Shown piece after piece: positions 1 to 10,309 of a stretch of DNA of 64,000 nucleotides. Both the position numbers and the translations under genes were made by a program. How positions within the stretch are numbered: position 1 is the stretch's first letter; each line of letters begins with the position of its first letter. The notes under the pieces were generated by a model. That model had not been told where the DNA came from and did no database searches. It saw only the letters and a list, made by a program, of their open reading frames with translations. This stretch comes from an uncultured Methanoregulaceae archaeon (GTDB taxonomy: Archaea; Halobacteriota; Methanomicrobia; Methanomicrobiales; Methanospirillaceae): NCBI GenBank assembly GCA_963705255.1, contig OY970061.1, positions 256,001-320,000 on the forward strand, given 5' to 3'.

Positions 1-250
1 TCTGCGGCTCTTTCGTGACGTCGTACCCGGCGATTGTCGCGCGTCCCTTCTGCAGGGCGAGCAGCGTGATGAGCACGTTGATCGCGGTGCTCTTGCCCGC
101 GCCGTTCGGCCCGAGGAACGAGAAGATCTCCCCCCTCCTTACCGAGAAGCTGATACCGTCGACTGCCCTGAAGTCCCCATAGGCATGTTCGAGGCTCTCG
201 ACGCATATGATCGTCCCGTCACTGCCACCTGCCGGGTCTTCTGTTTCCAT
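1..250 (-). CDS. ABC transporter ATP-binding protein (DrrA-like), runs off the window edge
   Basis: Manual minus-strand translation from ATG at 250: METEDPAGG...AVDGISFSVRRGEIFSFLGPNGAGKST (Walker A). Confidence 0.85.
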   Translation of the reverse strand, partial: METEDPAGGSDGTIICVESLEHAYGDFRAVDGISFSVRRGEIFSFLGPNGAGKSTAINVLITLLALQKGRATIAGYDVTKEPQ

Positions 251-484
251 ACCGGGAATATTCCTGAAGAGAATATATGAACGTGGCGATAGCGGCCAGC
301 GGCCCGGAACAAGGCAGGGTCTCGGCAGGGCAGTTGACTGGCAACCAAGTACTGTGCAGGGATTTGCGGTACCAGGGATTCGCGCTCTCCCTTTCCGCAA
401 TACAAATGTATAACCAAAAATACGGGAAAGATCTAATGAACGTTATCCACTACCAGTGCTCCGGATAGTGAGAGGTGAACACCA

Positions 485-1159
485 TTGAACGATACCCCAC
501 TCCTTGATCAGCAGCCCCTCGGGCCCGTCACCTTTGCAGAAAATCCCGAACCCCGCTGCCCCTGCCTCCTGTTGCTGGACACGTCCGGTTCCATGGCAGG
601 GCGTCCCATAGAGGAACTGAATGCCGGGATCCGCGCGTTCTACGAAGAGCTCCAGTCCGATTCCCTTGCGGTCAAACGGGTCGAGGTGGCACTCATCTCC
701 TTTGGCCCCGTCAGGATCATCAGCAACTTCAGCACCGCCGATTTTTTCCTCGATCCGACGCTCGTTGCCGAGGGGGACACGCCGCTCGGCGAAGCAATAA
801 CCATGGGGATCGACCTCGTCCGGAAGCGCAAGGAGGAGTACCGCTCAAACGGCATCTCCTTCTACCGCCCGTGGATCTTCCTGATCACGGACGGCTCGCC
901 AACCGACAAGTGGCAGCATGCTGCGTCAATGGTCCGCGAAGGGGAGAACACAAAGTCCTTCGCATTTTTTGCCATCGGAGTCCAGAACGCGGATATGAAG
1001 GTGCTCCGGCAGATCTCGGTGAGAGAACCGCTCAGGCTCCAGGGCCTGAAGTTCCGGGAGTTCTTCCAGTGGCTCTCGAACTCCATGAAGTCCGCCTCCC
1101 GCAGCAACCCCGGGGACAAAATTCTGCTCGCTCCACCGTCAGGTTGGAGCGAGATATGA
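485..1159 (+). CDS. terY: TerY-family vWA domain protein (TerY-P triad)
   Basis: [23 protein letters not shown] motif, [19 protein letters not shown]; followed by PP2C and kinase genes. Confidence 0.9.
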   Translation: MNDTPLLDQQPLGPVTFAENPEPRCPCLLLLDTSGSMAGRPIEELNAGIRAFYEELQSDSLAVKRVEVALISFGPVRIISNFSTADFFLDPTLVAEGDTPLGEAITMGIDLVRKRKEEYRSNGISFYRPWIFLITDGSPTDKWQHAASMVREGENTKSFAFFAIGVQNADMKVLRQISVREPLRLQGLKFREFFQWLSNSMKSASRSNPGDKILLAPPSGWSEI

Positions 1160-1920
1160 GCTGGAAATACACTGCTTCATCCGTGACCGGAAGAACACAT
1201 CTGGACCGGAACGAACCGGGCCAGGACTACTGCCGTGCCGGCGCAGTCCAGATCTCGGACCGGGAGTTTTTCATCGGTCTCGTAGCAGACGGGGCCGGGA
1301 GCACGAGGTGCGGCGGTGAGGGGGCAAGGACTGCCTGCGATACCGCTTATGAGTCCATAATGAAGACGATCAGGGTGGCGGGGGAGATCCACCCCATAAC
1401 GGACGCGGACGTCAGGGACTGGATCTGCTCTGCCCGGGGGGCAATCGTGGCACAGGCCGCTGCATCGGGAGCACCGGTCCGGGAGTATGCGTGTACCCTG
1501 ATCGGCAGCGTGATCGGCAACGGGCAGGCGATCTGCTTCCAGATCGGGGACGGGGCCATTGTCATGAAGGAACGCGATGAGTACCAAGTCGTTTTCTGGC
1601 CGGACCAGGGGGAATATGCCAATACCACCTTTTTTGTCACGGATGAATCGTTCCTGAAGCACCTGGAGATATCCCGGAAGGATTTTCTGCCGGAAGAGGT
1701 CGCGCTGTTCACAGACGGTCTGCAGAACCTCGTCCTCTCGTTCTCGAAAAAGGCTGCCCACGAGGGTTTTTTCCGCCCCCTGTTCGCTGCGGTACGGGCC
1801 CATTCGGGAAACCGGCTGCCGGACCTTTCCGCCCAGCTCGATGGGTTCCTGTCCCGCAGCGACGTCAATGAGCGGACCGATGACGATAAAACGCTGGTCC
1901 TCGCTGCCCACGTCCCGTGA
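1156..1920 (+). CDS. PP2C-family Ser/Thr phosphatase (TerY-P triad)
   Basis: ATGA overlap with terY; SVTGRTH..QD, VADGAGS, QIGDG, FTDG, DDKT motifs. Confidence 0.9.
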   Translation: MSWKYTASSVTGRTHLDRNEPGQDYCRAGAVQISDREFFIGLVADGAGSTRCGGEGARTACDTAYESIMKTIRVAGEIHPITDADVRDWICSARGAIVAQAAASGAPVREYACTLIGSVIGNGQAICFQIGDGAIVMKERDEYQVVFWPDQGEYANTTFFVTDESFLKHLEISRKDFLPEEVALFTDGLQNLVLSFSKKAAHEGFFRPLFAAVRAHSGNRLPDLSAQLDGFLSRSDVNERTDDDKTLVLAAHVP

Positions 1921-3881
1921 TCCCAATGAAGGAAAAAGGTCGTTCGTTCTTCGATTGCCATGGCAGGAGGATCCTGCCCGGGAAAAAGGTCGGGAGCGGG
2001 GGGAGGGCGACGTGTACGATATCGGGCAGGGCCAGCGCTATGTGGCAAAGATCTACCACAAGCCGCTCAGCATGCAGAAGCAGGAGAAACTCCGGCTGAT
2101 GGTCCAGGGGTGCAACGAGGAACTCGAGGAGATCTCCGCCTGGCCGGTCGACCTTGTCTATGACGGGCCGGACGGGCCGGTCTGCGGTTTTCTGATGCCC
2201 AAGGTGACGGATAGCGAGCCGGTCCACACGGTATACGGGCCAACGCACCGGAAACTCATCTTCCCGACCGCTGACTGGAAATTCCTGGTCCGGGCTGCAA
2301 AGAACCTCGCGGCCGCGTTCGACGTGATGCACCATTACGGGTACGTGATCGGGGACGTTAATGAAGGAAATATCCTGGTCAGCAACCATGCCTGCGTCAC
2401 CCTCATCGATTGCGACTCGGTTCAGGTGCGGGCTTCCGCCACCGTCTATTACTGCGAGGTCGGGGTGGCCCAGTTCACCCCGCCGGAGATCCAGAACTCG
2501 AAAGATTTCCGTATCGAGCGGTCGAAGAACCATGACAATTTCGGCCTTGCCATCTTGATCTTCCAGCTCCTGTTCATGGGCAGGCACCCGTTTGCCGGAG
2601 TCTATTCCGGCAGGGAGGACATGCCGATAGAACGGGCGATCGCAGAGTACCGCTTCGCGTTCGGCCGGGATGCACCAAAAAGGCAGATGTCGCCCCCGCC
2701 GAATTCGGTGGGTCTCGCTGTCGTCCCGCCGGAGGTGGCTCGCCTCTTCGAGCAGGCGTTTTGCCAGTCCCACGGGAAGGACCGCCCCTCTGCAGGGGAG
2801 TGGTGGACAGCGCTCGACTCGCTGGAACGGAAGCTGAAGCGGTGCAGTGCCGATTCGGGACACGTGCATCTCTCCGGTCTCTCCTCCTGCCCATGGTGCC
2901 GGCTCGAGCAGGAGTCCGGGGCGTTCCTCTTCCTGAGCCCGGATGCAGTCTCCAAATTCGACCTGGTTGCCGAATGGAAGAAAGTCACTGCATTTCCGCC
3001 GCCCGGTCCGCTCCCGGTCATCTCCCCGGACCAGTCCCATCCCGTTCCGGTCCCCCTGCCCCCGGATCTGGAACGATCGTTTTTCTTCACGAAAGTCCGG
3101 CTGGTTACAGGATTGGTGCTCGCGATCTGGTGCGGGCTTGTCCTCGCAAGCAGCATCTCCACAGACTACGGGATCATCGCAGCAGTCGGGGTCGTTGCTG
3201 CCGTCCTTCTCCTCTTCCCGGGAAAGGAGGCAGCGGAGAAGAGAAGGCGGCGGACGGTGTTTGAAAGTGCCCGCTACCGCTGGGACCTGATCCGGAAGAA
3301 GTGGACCGCGGAGGCGGGCGATGAAGCCTACCGTGTCAAGCTGGCGAAGCTTCAGGGGCTCAAAAATACGTACGCGTCGCTTGAGAGAGAGTATACGGTC
3401 GCCCGGGGCTCATTCCAGCACACGGCAAAGGAACGGCAGCTTGCAGCGTATCTCGGGACCTGCTTCATCGACAGCTACAACTTTCTCCGGATCGGTGCAA
3501 ACCGGAAAGCGGTGCTGAGGTCGTTTGGGATCGAGACCGCGGCAGACATCAACCGGGGGAGCCTCCAGCGCATCACCGAGTTTGGCGATATTCACCGGGA
3601 CGAACTCCTGTCCTGGCGCACACAGATGGAGGAGCGGTTCAGGTTTGATCCCTCCAAGGGGCTGCGACCCGGCGGACCGTCAGAACCTGATCCACCGATT
3701 CCAGCCGAAGATGCGCCCGGTCGAGCGGGAACTTCGGCTCGGGATCGAGTCCCTGAACCAGATCAGGCAGAAGATCCTGCAGAACCGGGCCCGGTACCGG
3801 CCTACGGTCGAACGAAGCGCCCGCGAACTTGCTCAGGCGGCCGCAGACCTCGAGGTCTTCACCCTCCTGAAAAAACCGTGA
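1917..3881 (+). CDS. TerY-P Ser/Thr kinase with TM segments and C-terminal HhH/coiled coil; apparent frameshifts at ~2000 and ~3665
   Basis: GSGG|EGDVY split across a G-run; VAK, IGDVNEGNILV, LIDCDS, CPWC; C-terminus continues in ORF 3525-3881. Confidence 0.85.
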
Positions 3882-3919
3882 AACCGGGCGACCGGGCCGG
3901 AAATTTCCGGGTGAGGGGG

Positions 3920-4618
3920 TTATCCTAGCCCCGTCCGGAACAGATCGGCCGTTCTCTCCGGTTTCTTCCCGGTCAGCAGGAAGACGGTGAGCGCCCTCGT
4001 CCCCCCGCCGGGCACCGGTTTCAGGACAATTGCCGCGGTCTGGTTCCTGACCGATTCAAACCCTGCATCTTCCAGTTGTTTACGCAGGAGGCAGCGGTCG
4101 AACCCGGCATGGAAGACACCGGTATTGTCATCATGGAATGCTCCGCCGTCCGGATCAAGGTCCGCAACACAGAGAAGCCCGGAAGGTTTGAGAATCCGGG
4201 AAAACTGCCCGAGCAGCGGGCGGATGTCCAGGATGTGGTGGAATGTCATGCTGCTGACAACCAGGTCATACTGCCCCTCGAGCAGATCCCCTCGGTCAGG
4301 ATCCATGAGCCGGGTCTTCACGTTCTTCAGGCCCAGGCTGGAGATCTTCCTGTCGAGAATTTCCAGCATTCCCTGCGAACTGTCAACCGCAATGACAGAA
4401 CGGACTTCGGGCTGGAGCTCGAGGGTTAAGAGCCCGGTCCCGCAGCCGAAGTCGAGCACGTCCATATCGGGTCTGATCGCGATCGTCTCGCGGATGGCCC
4501 GGGCGACATCCTGTGCCATCTTCACCCGCCCCGGGTTCTCGTCCCAGGTTGCTGCTACGGAGTCGAAGTTGCGCTTCTCCCCGTTCACGGCATTGAAATC
4601 CCGTTTTTCGTCGCTCAT
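3920..4618 (-). CDS. class I SAM-dependent methyltransferase
   Basis: VLDFGCGTG motif I; SSMTFHHI. Confidence 0.9.
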   Translation of the reverse strand: MSDEKRDFNAVNGEKRNFDSVAATWDENPGRVKMAQDVARAIRETIAIRPDMDVLDFGCGTGLLTLELQPEVRSVIAVDSSQGMLEILDRKISSLGLKNVKTRLMDPDRGDLLEGQYDLVVSSMTFHHILDIRPLLGQFSRILKPSGLLCVADLDPDGGAFHDDNTGVFHAGFDRCLLRKQLEDAGFESVRNQTAAIVLKPVPGGGTRALTVFLLTGKKPERTADLFRTGLG

Positions 4619-4896
4619 CTGATCTCAGGTTAGTTAGCGGGCGGCAGCGAATAAATTCATGGGATCTGTGTGCAATGGAGGGATACAACTCTTGTACGGG
4701 AGCCCGGATACCATGTGCCGGGAAGAACCGGCGGTTCTTTCCCGCATCTGCATCATGGCCGCCGGCCATCCAGGCGTATCGTTCTGGCAAGAAACCGGTC
4801 GCAGGCGATTGTAATGCGGATCCGTGATCCGGAACGTTTCTCGGAACATGGCGTCGTGCTATACCTATTTGACGTGAAGCGACCAAGAATAAAAGA

Positions 4897-5259
4897 ATGG
4901 TACCCGAGCCCGTATTCCGCTACAAACAGTGCCTGATCATCAGGAACGATATCAAGATGAGCTGCGGCAAACGGTGCGCCCAGGCCGGCCACGCCTCCAT
5001 CGGCGCGTATAACGGCGCGGACAAGGCCCTGCAGAAAGCATGGCTCTCTGAAGGGCAGAAGAAAGTGGTGCTCAAGGCAAATGACGAGCGGACACTCTTC
5101 GAACTCAAGGTCATCGCAGAACGATCCGGCATCTCCACATCGCTCATCCAGGACGCAGGAATGACCGAGATCCCTCCAGGTACAATCACGGCCCTCGGCC
5201 TCGGCCCTGCGAAGAGCGAGGATCTCGACAAAATCACCGGTGCTCTCTCTCTTTTATGA
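4897..5259 (+). CDS. pth2: peptidyl-tRNA hydrolase Pth2
   Basis: KQCLIIRNDIKMSCGK..AQAGHA, IQDAGMTEIPPGT. Confidence 0.95.
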   Translation: MVPEPVFRYKQCLIIRNDIKMSCGKRCAQAGHASIGAYNGADKALQKAWLSEGQKKVVLKANDERTLFELKVIAERSGISTSLIQDAGMTEIPPGTITALGLGPAKSEDLDKITGALSLL

Positions 5260-6530
5260 ACCAGAGCCCCTACTCCCTTGAACGCGAGCTCGGCATGCGG
5301 TACTACGCGAGCGATGCCGAGGGGATCGGCGGGAGACTGCGGTCGGTGCCCGGGGACTTCCGGGTAGAGGAGATCCCCCTGCCGGAGAAAGGGGGGACGA
5401 GCGGGCCGTACCTGATCTGCACCCTCACCAAGACCAACTGGGAGCTCCAGCACGCAGTAAAAGAGGTAGCAAAACGGCTGGGTATCAGCCACCGGCGCAT
5501 CGGCTGGGCGGGTACGAAGGACCGGAACGCCGTGACCAGCCAGCGGATCTCGATCTACAATGTCACGGCTGAGCAGGTTGCAGGTGTACGGCTGAAGGAC
5601 ATTCTCCTTGAACCCCTCGGGAATGCGAACGAGGCTCTGTCGCTCGGTGACCTGCAGGGAAACCGGTTTGACCTCGTGATCCGCGAACCTGATACGCCCG
5701 ATCCCGGGGAACGTATCCAGGAAATTACGGAAACGGTCAGGGACGGCGTACCCAACTATTACGGCCTCCAGCGCTTCGGCGCCATCCGTCCGGTCACGCA
5801 CAAGGTAGGGGAATGGATCCTGCGGGGCGACTTTGAGCAGGCCGTGCTGACCTACATCGGGCTTGCCTATCCCGCCGAGACCGACACGGTGAAAGCGATC
5901 CGGTCGGAATTTTACCAGAGCCGCGACCCCGCGCCGGCGCTCCGCAGTCTCCCGGTCCAGATGAACTATGAACGTGCCATGCTCCATCACCTGCACGTCC
6001 ATGCCGGCGATTATAGCGGGGCGCTCCGGGAACTGCCGCCCAAGCTGCTCTCGATGTTCGTCTCCGCGTTCCAGTCGTACCTCTTCAACTGTGCCCTGAG
6101 CCTCCGGTTTGACGATGGATACGGGCTCAGCGATCCCGTGCCAGGAGACCGGCTGTTGTTTGCCAACGGGCGGACTGATACCGCTACCACATCAAACCTT
6201 GCTGCGGTCTCGTTGCATATCCGGCGGGGACGGTGCAGCATTGCGCTCTTCATGCCCGGCAGAGAAAAGATGGATCCGAAAACAGAAGGCGGGCGCGTGA
6301 TGGAGGAACTCCTGGCAGGGTATTCGATCACCCCGGAGGACTTCGGACACGCTTCAGCATTCGTGCACACGAAGTTCGAAGGCGCATGGCGGCCGATTGC
6401 GCTGAAAACGGAGATCGAATCTGCCCTTGAGGGAAGCAGCGTCCGGCTGAAATTCACCCTGCCCCCCGGCCACTACGCGACAACGGTCTGCCGCGAGTTC
6501 ATGAAGGCAGACCCGGTCCGGATGATCTGA
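5256..6530 (+). CDS. truD: tRNA pseudouridine(13) synthase TruD
   Basis: DFRVEE, AGTKDRNAVTSQ, GNRF, NYYGLQRFG, FTLPPGHYAT. Confidence 0.95.
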   Translation: MNQSPYSLERELGMRYYASDAEGIGGRLRSVPGDFRVEEIPLPEKGGTSGPYLICTLTKTNWELQHAVKEVAKRLGISHRRIGWAGTKDRNAVTSQRISIYNVTAEQVAGVRLKDILLEPLGNANEALSLGDLQGNRFDLVIREPDTPDPGERIQEITETVRDGVPNYYGLQRFGAIRPVTHKVGEWILRGDFEQAVLTYIGLAYPAETDTVKAIRSEFYQSRDPAPALRSLPVQMNYERAMLHHLHVHAGDYSGALRELPPKLLSMFVSAFQSYLFNCALSLRFDDGYGLSDPVPGDRLLFANGRTDTATTSNLAAVSLHIRRGRCSIALFMPGREKMDPKTEGGRVMEELLAGYSITPEDFGHASAFVHTKFEGAWRPIALKTEIESALEGSSVRLKFTLPPGHYATTVCREFMKADPVRMI

Positions 6531-6541
6531 ACGACGTGTGG

Positions 6542-7345
6542 TCAGCGGCGCGATTCCGCAAGTCTCTTGGCGCCGTCAATGGCATCGTTGAGGTTGCCCA
6601 GCTCGTCGACAATATTGAGTTTCACCGCGTCGGCGCCCCGGATCACCCTGCCGTCCTCAATATCTGAGCGTGCGATCACGCGCTGGGTGGTAACATCGGT
6701 GATGAACGCTTCGAAGCTTTCGTCAACGATCTGCCTGGCGTATTCCTGCTCGTTAGCAGTCATGGGGCGCGAATCCGAGCCCATGTCTTTCATGTTGCCC
6801 GATTCTACCACGCTCGTGTTGTAGCCTTCGTTCTCCATCCAGCGGCTGATATCGGAGAACCTCCAGATCACCCCTACCCCGGCCGTGAACGTATCAGGAT
6901 CCGCGTAGATCCTGTCCGCATGGGCACTTACATAATACGCAGCTGAAGTTGCCATATCTCCCATCGAGACCACGACCGGTTTTTTCGTCTTTGCGTATTC
7001 GAGGTCGCGGATGATCTCCTCAGCAGCTGCAGGTGAACCGCCAGGGCTGTCGACCCGCAGGACGATTGCCTCGGTCATCGGGTCATCAGCTGCCGACCTC
7101 AGGTTGTTGCCCACCACCTCACTTCCGATCGAGGTGCCATCATCCACCAGACCGGTGACCATGGTCCCTTCCATCCGGACTACGGTCACGCCACCGGTTC
7201 GTTCCGGGTGGGTGAGATACATGGCGGCGATGACAGCTCCCGTTACGACGATGACGAAAACGATGATGACGAAAATCCATTTCATAGCCGGCCGGCGTCC
7301 CACGCGAGCAGGACCTGCAGCACGTTGCCAGATATCCATGTCCAT
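6542..7345 (-). CDS. sppA: signal peptide peptidase SppA (S49)
   Basis: N-terminal TM; LRVDSPGGS, MATSAAYY; start could also be at 7285. Confidence 0.9.
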   Translation of the reverse strand: MDMDIWQRAAGPARVGRRPAMKWIFVIIVFVIVVTGAVIAAMYLTHPERTGGVTVVRMEGTMVTGLVDDGTSIGSEVVGNNLRSAADDPMTEAIVLRVDSPGGSPAAAEEIIRDLEYAKTKKPVVVSMGDMATSAAYYVSAHADRIYADPDTFTAGVGVIWRFSDISRWMENEGYNTSVVESGNMKDMGSDSRPMTANEQEYARQIVDESFEAFITDVTTQRVIARSDIEDGRVIRGADAVKLNIVDELGNLNDAIDGAKRLAESRR

Positions 7346-7346
7346 G

Positions 7347-8033
7347 TTATACCCCGGCATAGAGTACATCGAATTCAGAGACGAGGTTGCTCCCGCACAT
7401 GTAGTATTTTTTCAGGTTGAGCCGGATCATCTCGTCTTCGCTGTTGATGTGCATCCCGCCGACAAGCGATGGCGTGTCGGAACCCCCGACGATGAACGGC
7501 AGGTGGATGAGACGGATCTCGTCCACGAGCCGGTCGTGCAGCATATGCCAGTTCAGGGTGGGCCCGCCTTCGATCATCAGCTTCTTCACGCCGAACTTTT
7601 CCCTGAGGATCTTCAGGAGCAGAGGGAGCTCGACATGGGTCTTTCCGGCAACGATGACGTGGGCACCTTTCTTCCTGATCGCTCCGACCCGCTCCTGCGG
7701 GGCCGCTTCGCAGACCGCGATTGCCGTCGGCGCATCGGGCCCGAGCACGTTGGCATCGAGCGGGATATCGGCCATACTGCACGGGATGACGCGGAGCGGG
7801 CTCTTCCCCGGCACCAGCCGGACCGTGAGGAACGAGTTGTCGATCCGGATAGTGTTGGCCCCGACCATGATGGCATCATATTCGGCCCGGGTGGTGTGCA
7901 GGAGGGTCTCAGTCTCGGGTGCCATGTATTTCATCAGGATCTTTGAGGATGCTCCTTTCTTGAGCGTGAGCTTGCCGTCCGCAGTAATTTCCGACATCAT
8001 CAGCACGTGCGGGCGGTCGTGTGTGGTTGTCAT
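7347..8033 (-). CDS. RibD C-terminal-type pyrimidine reductase (DHFR-like fold)
   Basis: TADGKL, DAIMVGANTIRIDN, LMIEGGPTLN, PFIVGG. Confidence 0.85.
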   Translation of the reverse strand: MTTTHDRPHVLMMSEITADGKLTLKKGASSKILMKYMAPETETLLHTTRAEYDAIMVGANTIRIDNSFLTVRLVPGKSPLRVIPCSMADIPLDANVLGPDAPTAIAVCEAAPQERVGAIRKKGAHVIVAGKTHVELPLLLKILREKFGVKKLMIEGGPTLNWHMLHDRLVDEIRLIHLPFIVGGSDTPSLVGGMHINSEDEMIRLNLKKYYMCGSNLVSEFDVLYAGV

Positions 8034-8173
8034 TGCCGATCTTCTCGCCTCCTGTATTGGACGGGGAACATAAATAACGTGACGCTAGCGGCCACCGCCC
8101 GGCGCAGATCCCCGGTACTCCCGCTGCGCCCGATGAGCAACTATTAATGGTTTATGTACCCATGAATTGAGTT

Positions 8174-8806
8174 ATGAATATTACTGCACTCCGGCCACGG
8201 TTTATCAGGAATCTTGAGCCGGTCGCAGACGTCTTTGTCAGGCTCAGGATAACGCCCAACCAGATATCGCTGCTCGCACTCGCGGCCGGTATCGCATGTG
8301 CGGTTCTCTTCTGGCAGCGGCAGTTTCTTACGGGGGCTCTCTTCCTCCTGCTCTCCGCCGTCCTGGACCTCGTGGACGGGAGCGTTGCCCGGAAGACCGG
8401 TGCCCATACCGATTTCGGGGCTGTCTTTGACTGGATCGTTGACAAGTACGTGGACGCGCTGGCCCTGCTCGGCGTCGGGCTTGCCGGCATCCCGATCGTG
8501 AGCGGATTTTTCCCGGTGCCCCCCGCTGCCGACTTTGCCGTCGTCGCATTTGCGATCATCGGCTCCCTGATGAACACCTTCATCAAGCCCGTGGTCTACG
8601 CGGAGATCGGGTACCGTGAAAAAGTGGAGGGGAAGATCGACGACCCCCTCGAAGGGATCGGGTTCTTCGGCAGGCCGGAGACACTCCTTGTCCTGATCCT
8701 CGGCGGGGCCTTCAACCTGATCTGGGCCTCGGTCATCATCATCGCTGTCTTCACGAACCTGTCCGCACTCCAGCGGATCACGTACCTTTACCGAACGCTT
8801 TCCTGA
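8174..8806 (+). CDS. CDP-alcohol phosphatidyltransferase
   Basis: TPNQIS; DLVDGSVAR..GAVFDWIVD signature. Confidence 0.92.
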   Translation: MNITALRPRFIRNLEPVADVFVRLRITPNQISLLALAAGIACAVLFWQRQFLTGALFLLLSAVLDLVDGSVARKTGAHTDFGAVFDWIVDKYVDALALLGVGLAGIPIVSGFFPVPPAADFAVVAFAIIGSLMNTFIKPVVYAEIGYREKVEGKIDDPLEGIGFFGRPETLLVLILGGAFNLIWASVIIIAVFTNLSALQRITYLYRTLS

Positions 8807-9587
8807 CCTCGCCGTAATAGATCTGGTAGAGGTCTTCAGCAAATTTCCCGAGGTTCGGGATGATGGTAAACAGCCCGTAGGCGATCACGATGAGACAGAT
8901 GAGGGCGAGGAATTCTGCGATGACATTGTGCGCCCAGAAGAAACTCTCGTAACCCAGTTCGCCGTTGCTGGCGATGTCCGGGTAATATGGGAACCATTGT
9001 TGCGTGTATGCCATGATGACAAAGACGTTCCTTAACAGGTTCAGGAAATAGATGGTCGGGGCGACGATGAGGAAGGCCAGTATTTTCTGCCGGAACGTCG
9101 TTGGCACGGCAGCCGATACCCCGAGCAGGATGGCGATGCTCTGGATGCCGGTGCAGGCGAGGATAATCTCCACGCGGAAACCGTTACGGGAGATGATGTT
9201 CCAGTCTGCAAGGTTCACGCTGAAATGGAGGAGGTTGAGCAGCCAGACGATCTGCCCGACGACCGCCCCGATGAGCCAGTCGCCGAGTACAGGAATATAT
9301 TCGAACGGGGCGTAGATGATGAACGCCACCGCGGCAGCCCGCGACAGGTGCATGACCCGCTCGTCATCGGCCATAAGGTACTGGGCCGTGATGACGAGGA
9401 ACGGTACCGAGAGTGCCGCTATGACCGGGTACATGAAATTATTCTCGCTGAAATAGAACGGCAGTTCGGCAAAGAGAGACAATACGATAAAAACCCAGCC
9501 GATGATGGCCGCATATTTACGGTGGGGACCGGGTATGAGGAACGCAAGAAACCCGATACAGGATATCAGGACCAGATACTCGATCAT
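8778..9587 (-). CDS. artA: archaeosortase A
   Basis: Polytopic membrane protein with IILACTGIQS, NLLRN, AHN (Cys/Arg/His). Confidence 0.92.
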   Translation of the reverse strand: MIEYLVLISCIGFLAFLIPGPHRKYAAIIGWVFIVLSLFAELPFYFSENNFMYPVIAALSVPFLVITAQYLMADDERVMHLSRAAAVAFIIYAPFEYIPVLGDWLIGAVVGQIVWLLNLLHFSVNLADWNIISRNGFRVEIILACTGIQSIAILLGVSAAVPTTFRQKILAFLIVAPTIYFLNLLRNVFVIMAYTQQWFPYYPDIASNGELGYESFFWAHNVIAEFLALICLIVIAYGLFTIIPNLGKFAEDLYQIYYGEVRKAFGKGT

Positions 9588-9750
9588 TATAGGATTTATT
9601 CACCCAATACCAAAAAAAGGATTCTGAACGGGCACAGTTCAAGACGGGTTCCGGGACAGGATAACGGCTTTCCGGAGGCGCCGGACTCTCCGGGGAGCCT
9701 GACACGCACAAGACGAGGCTTAATCTCCTATGGTCGCGCATACTATACCG

Positions 9751-10062
9751 ATGTTCTGTCCTGAATGTAAAACCATGCTGATGTCATCTGCAGGCCAGCT
9801 GAAGTGCCGGAAATGCGGGTATATCCGGAAGATTGAAGGCGCTGACCAGATGAAGCGTAAGGTAAACCGCAGTGAGAATGAGATTGTGATCGTTGAGGAG
9901 GAGGGCCAGGAAAAGACCATGCCCACCATCCAGATCAAGTGTCCCAAGTGCGAGAACAATCTTGCTATCTGGTGGCTTCGTCAACTCCGTGCAGCCGATG
10001 AAAGCGAAGTCCGCTTCTTCCGCTGCACCGAATGCGGTCACACCTGGCGCCAGTACGACTGA
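9751..10062 (+). CDS. tfs: transcription factor S
   Basis: Two Zn ribbons (MFCPEC; CPKC...QLRAADE...CTEC). Confidence 0.95.
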   Translation: MFCPECKTMLMSSAGQLKCRKCGYIRKIEGADQMKRKVNRSENEIVIVEEEGQEKTMPTIQIKCPKCENNLAIWWLRQLRAADESEVRFFRCTECGHTWRQYD

Positions 10063-10309
10063 ATTTTTTCCCATAACTTTTTGTTTTAAATTGTGCCTGA
10101 ACGGGATTCATGGTATCAGGATCATACTTCCCATAATTTCAAACGGTCCTTGAAGACCAAAAATGCCGTTAAAACAGGATGCCGTACACACAAAATGACT
10201 GCTCCTGTTGTATACTATACGGGTCGGGTTCCCGCTCTTTTCGCCAGCGGAAAAGGGCAACCCTTAATTTGCGCCACTCATCACTCATAATGGTAAATCG
10301 GGGTTTTGC

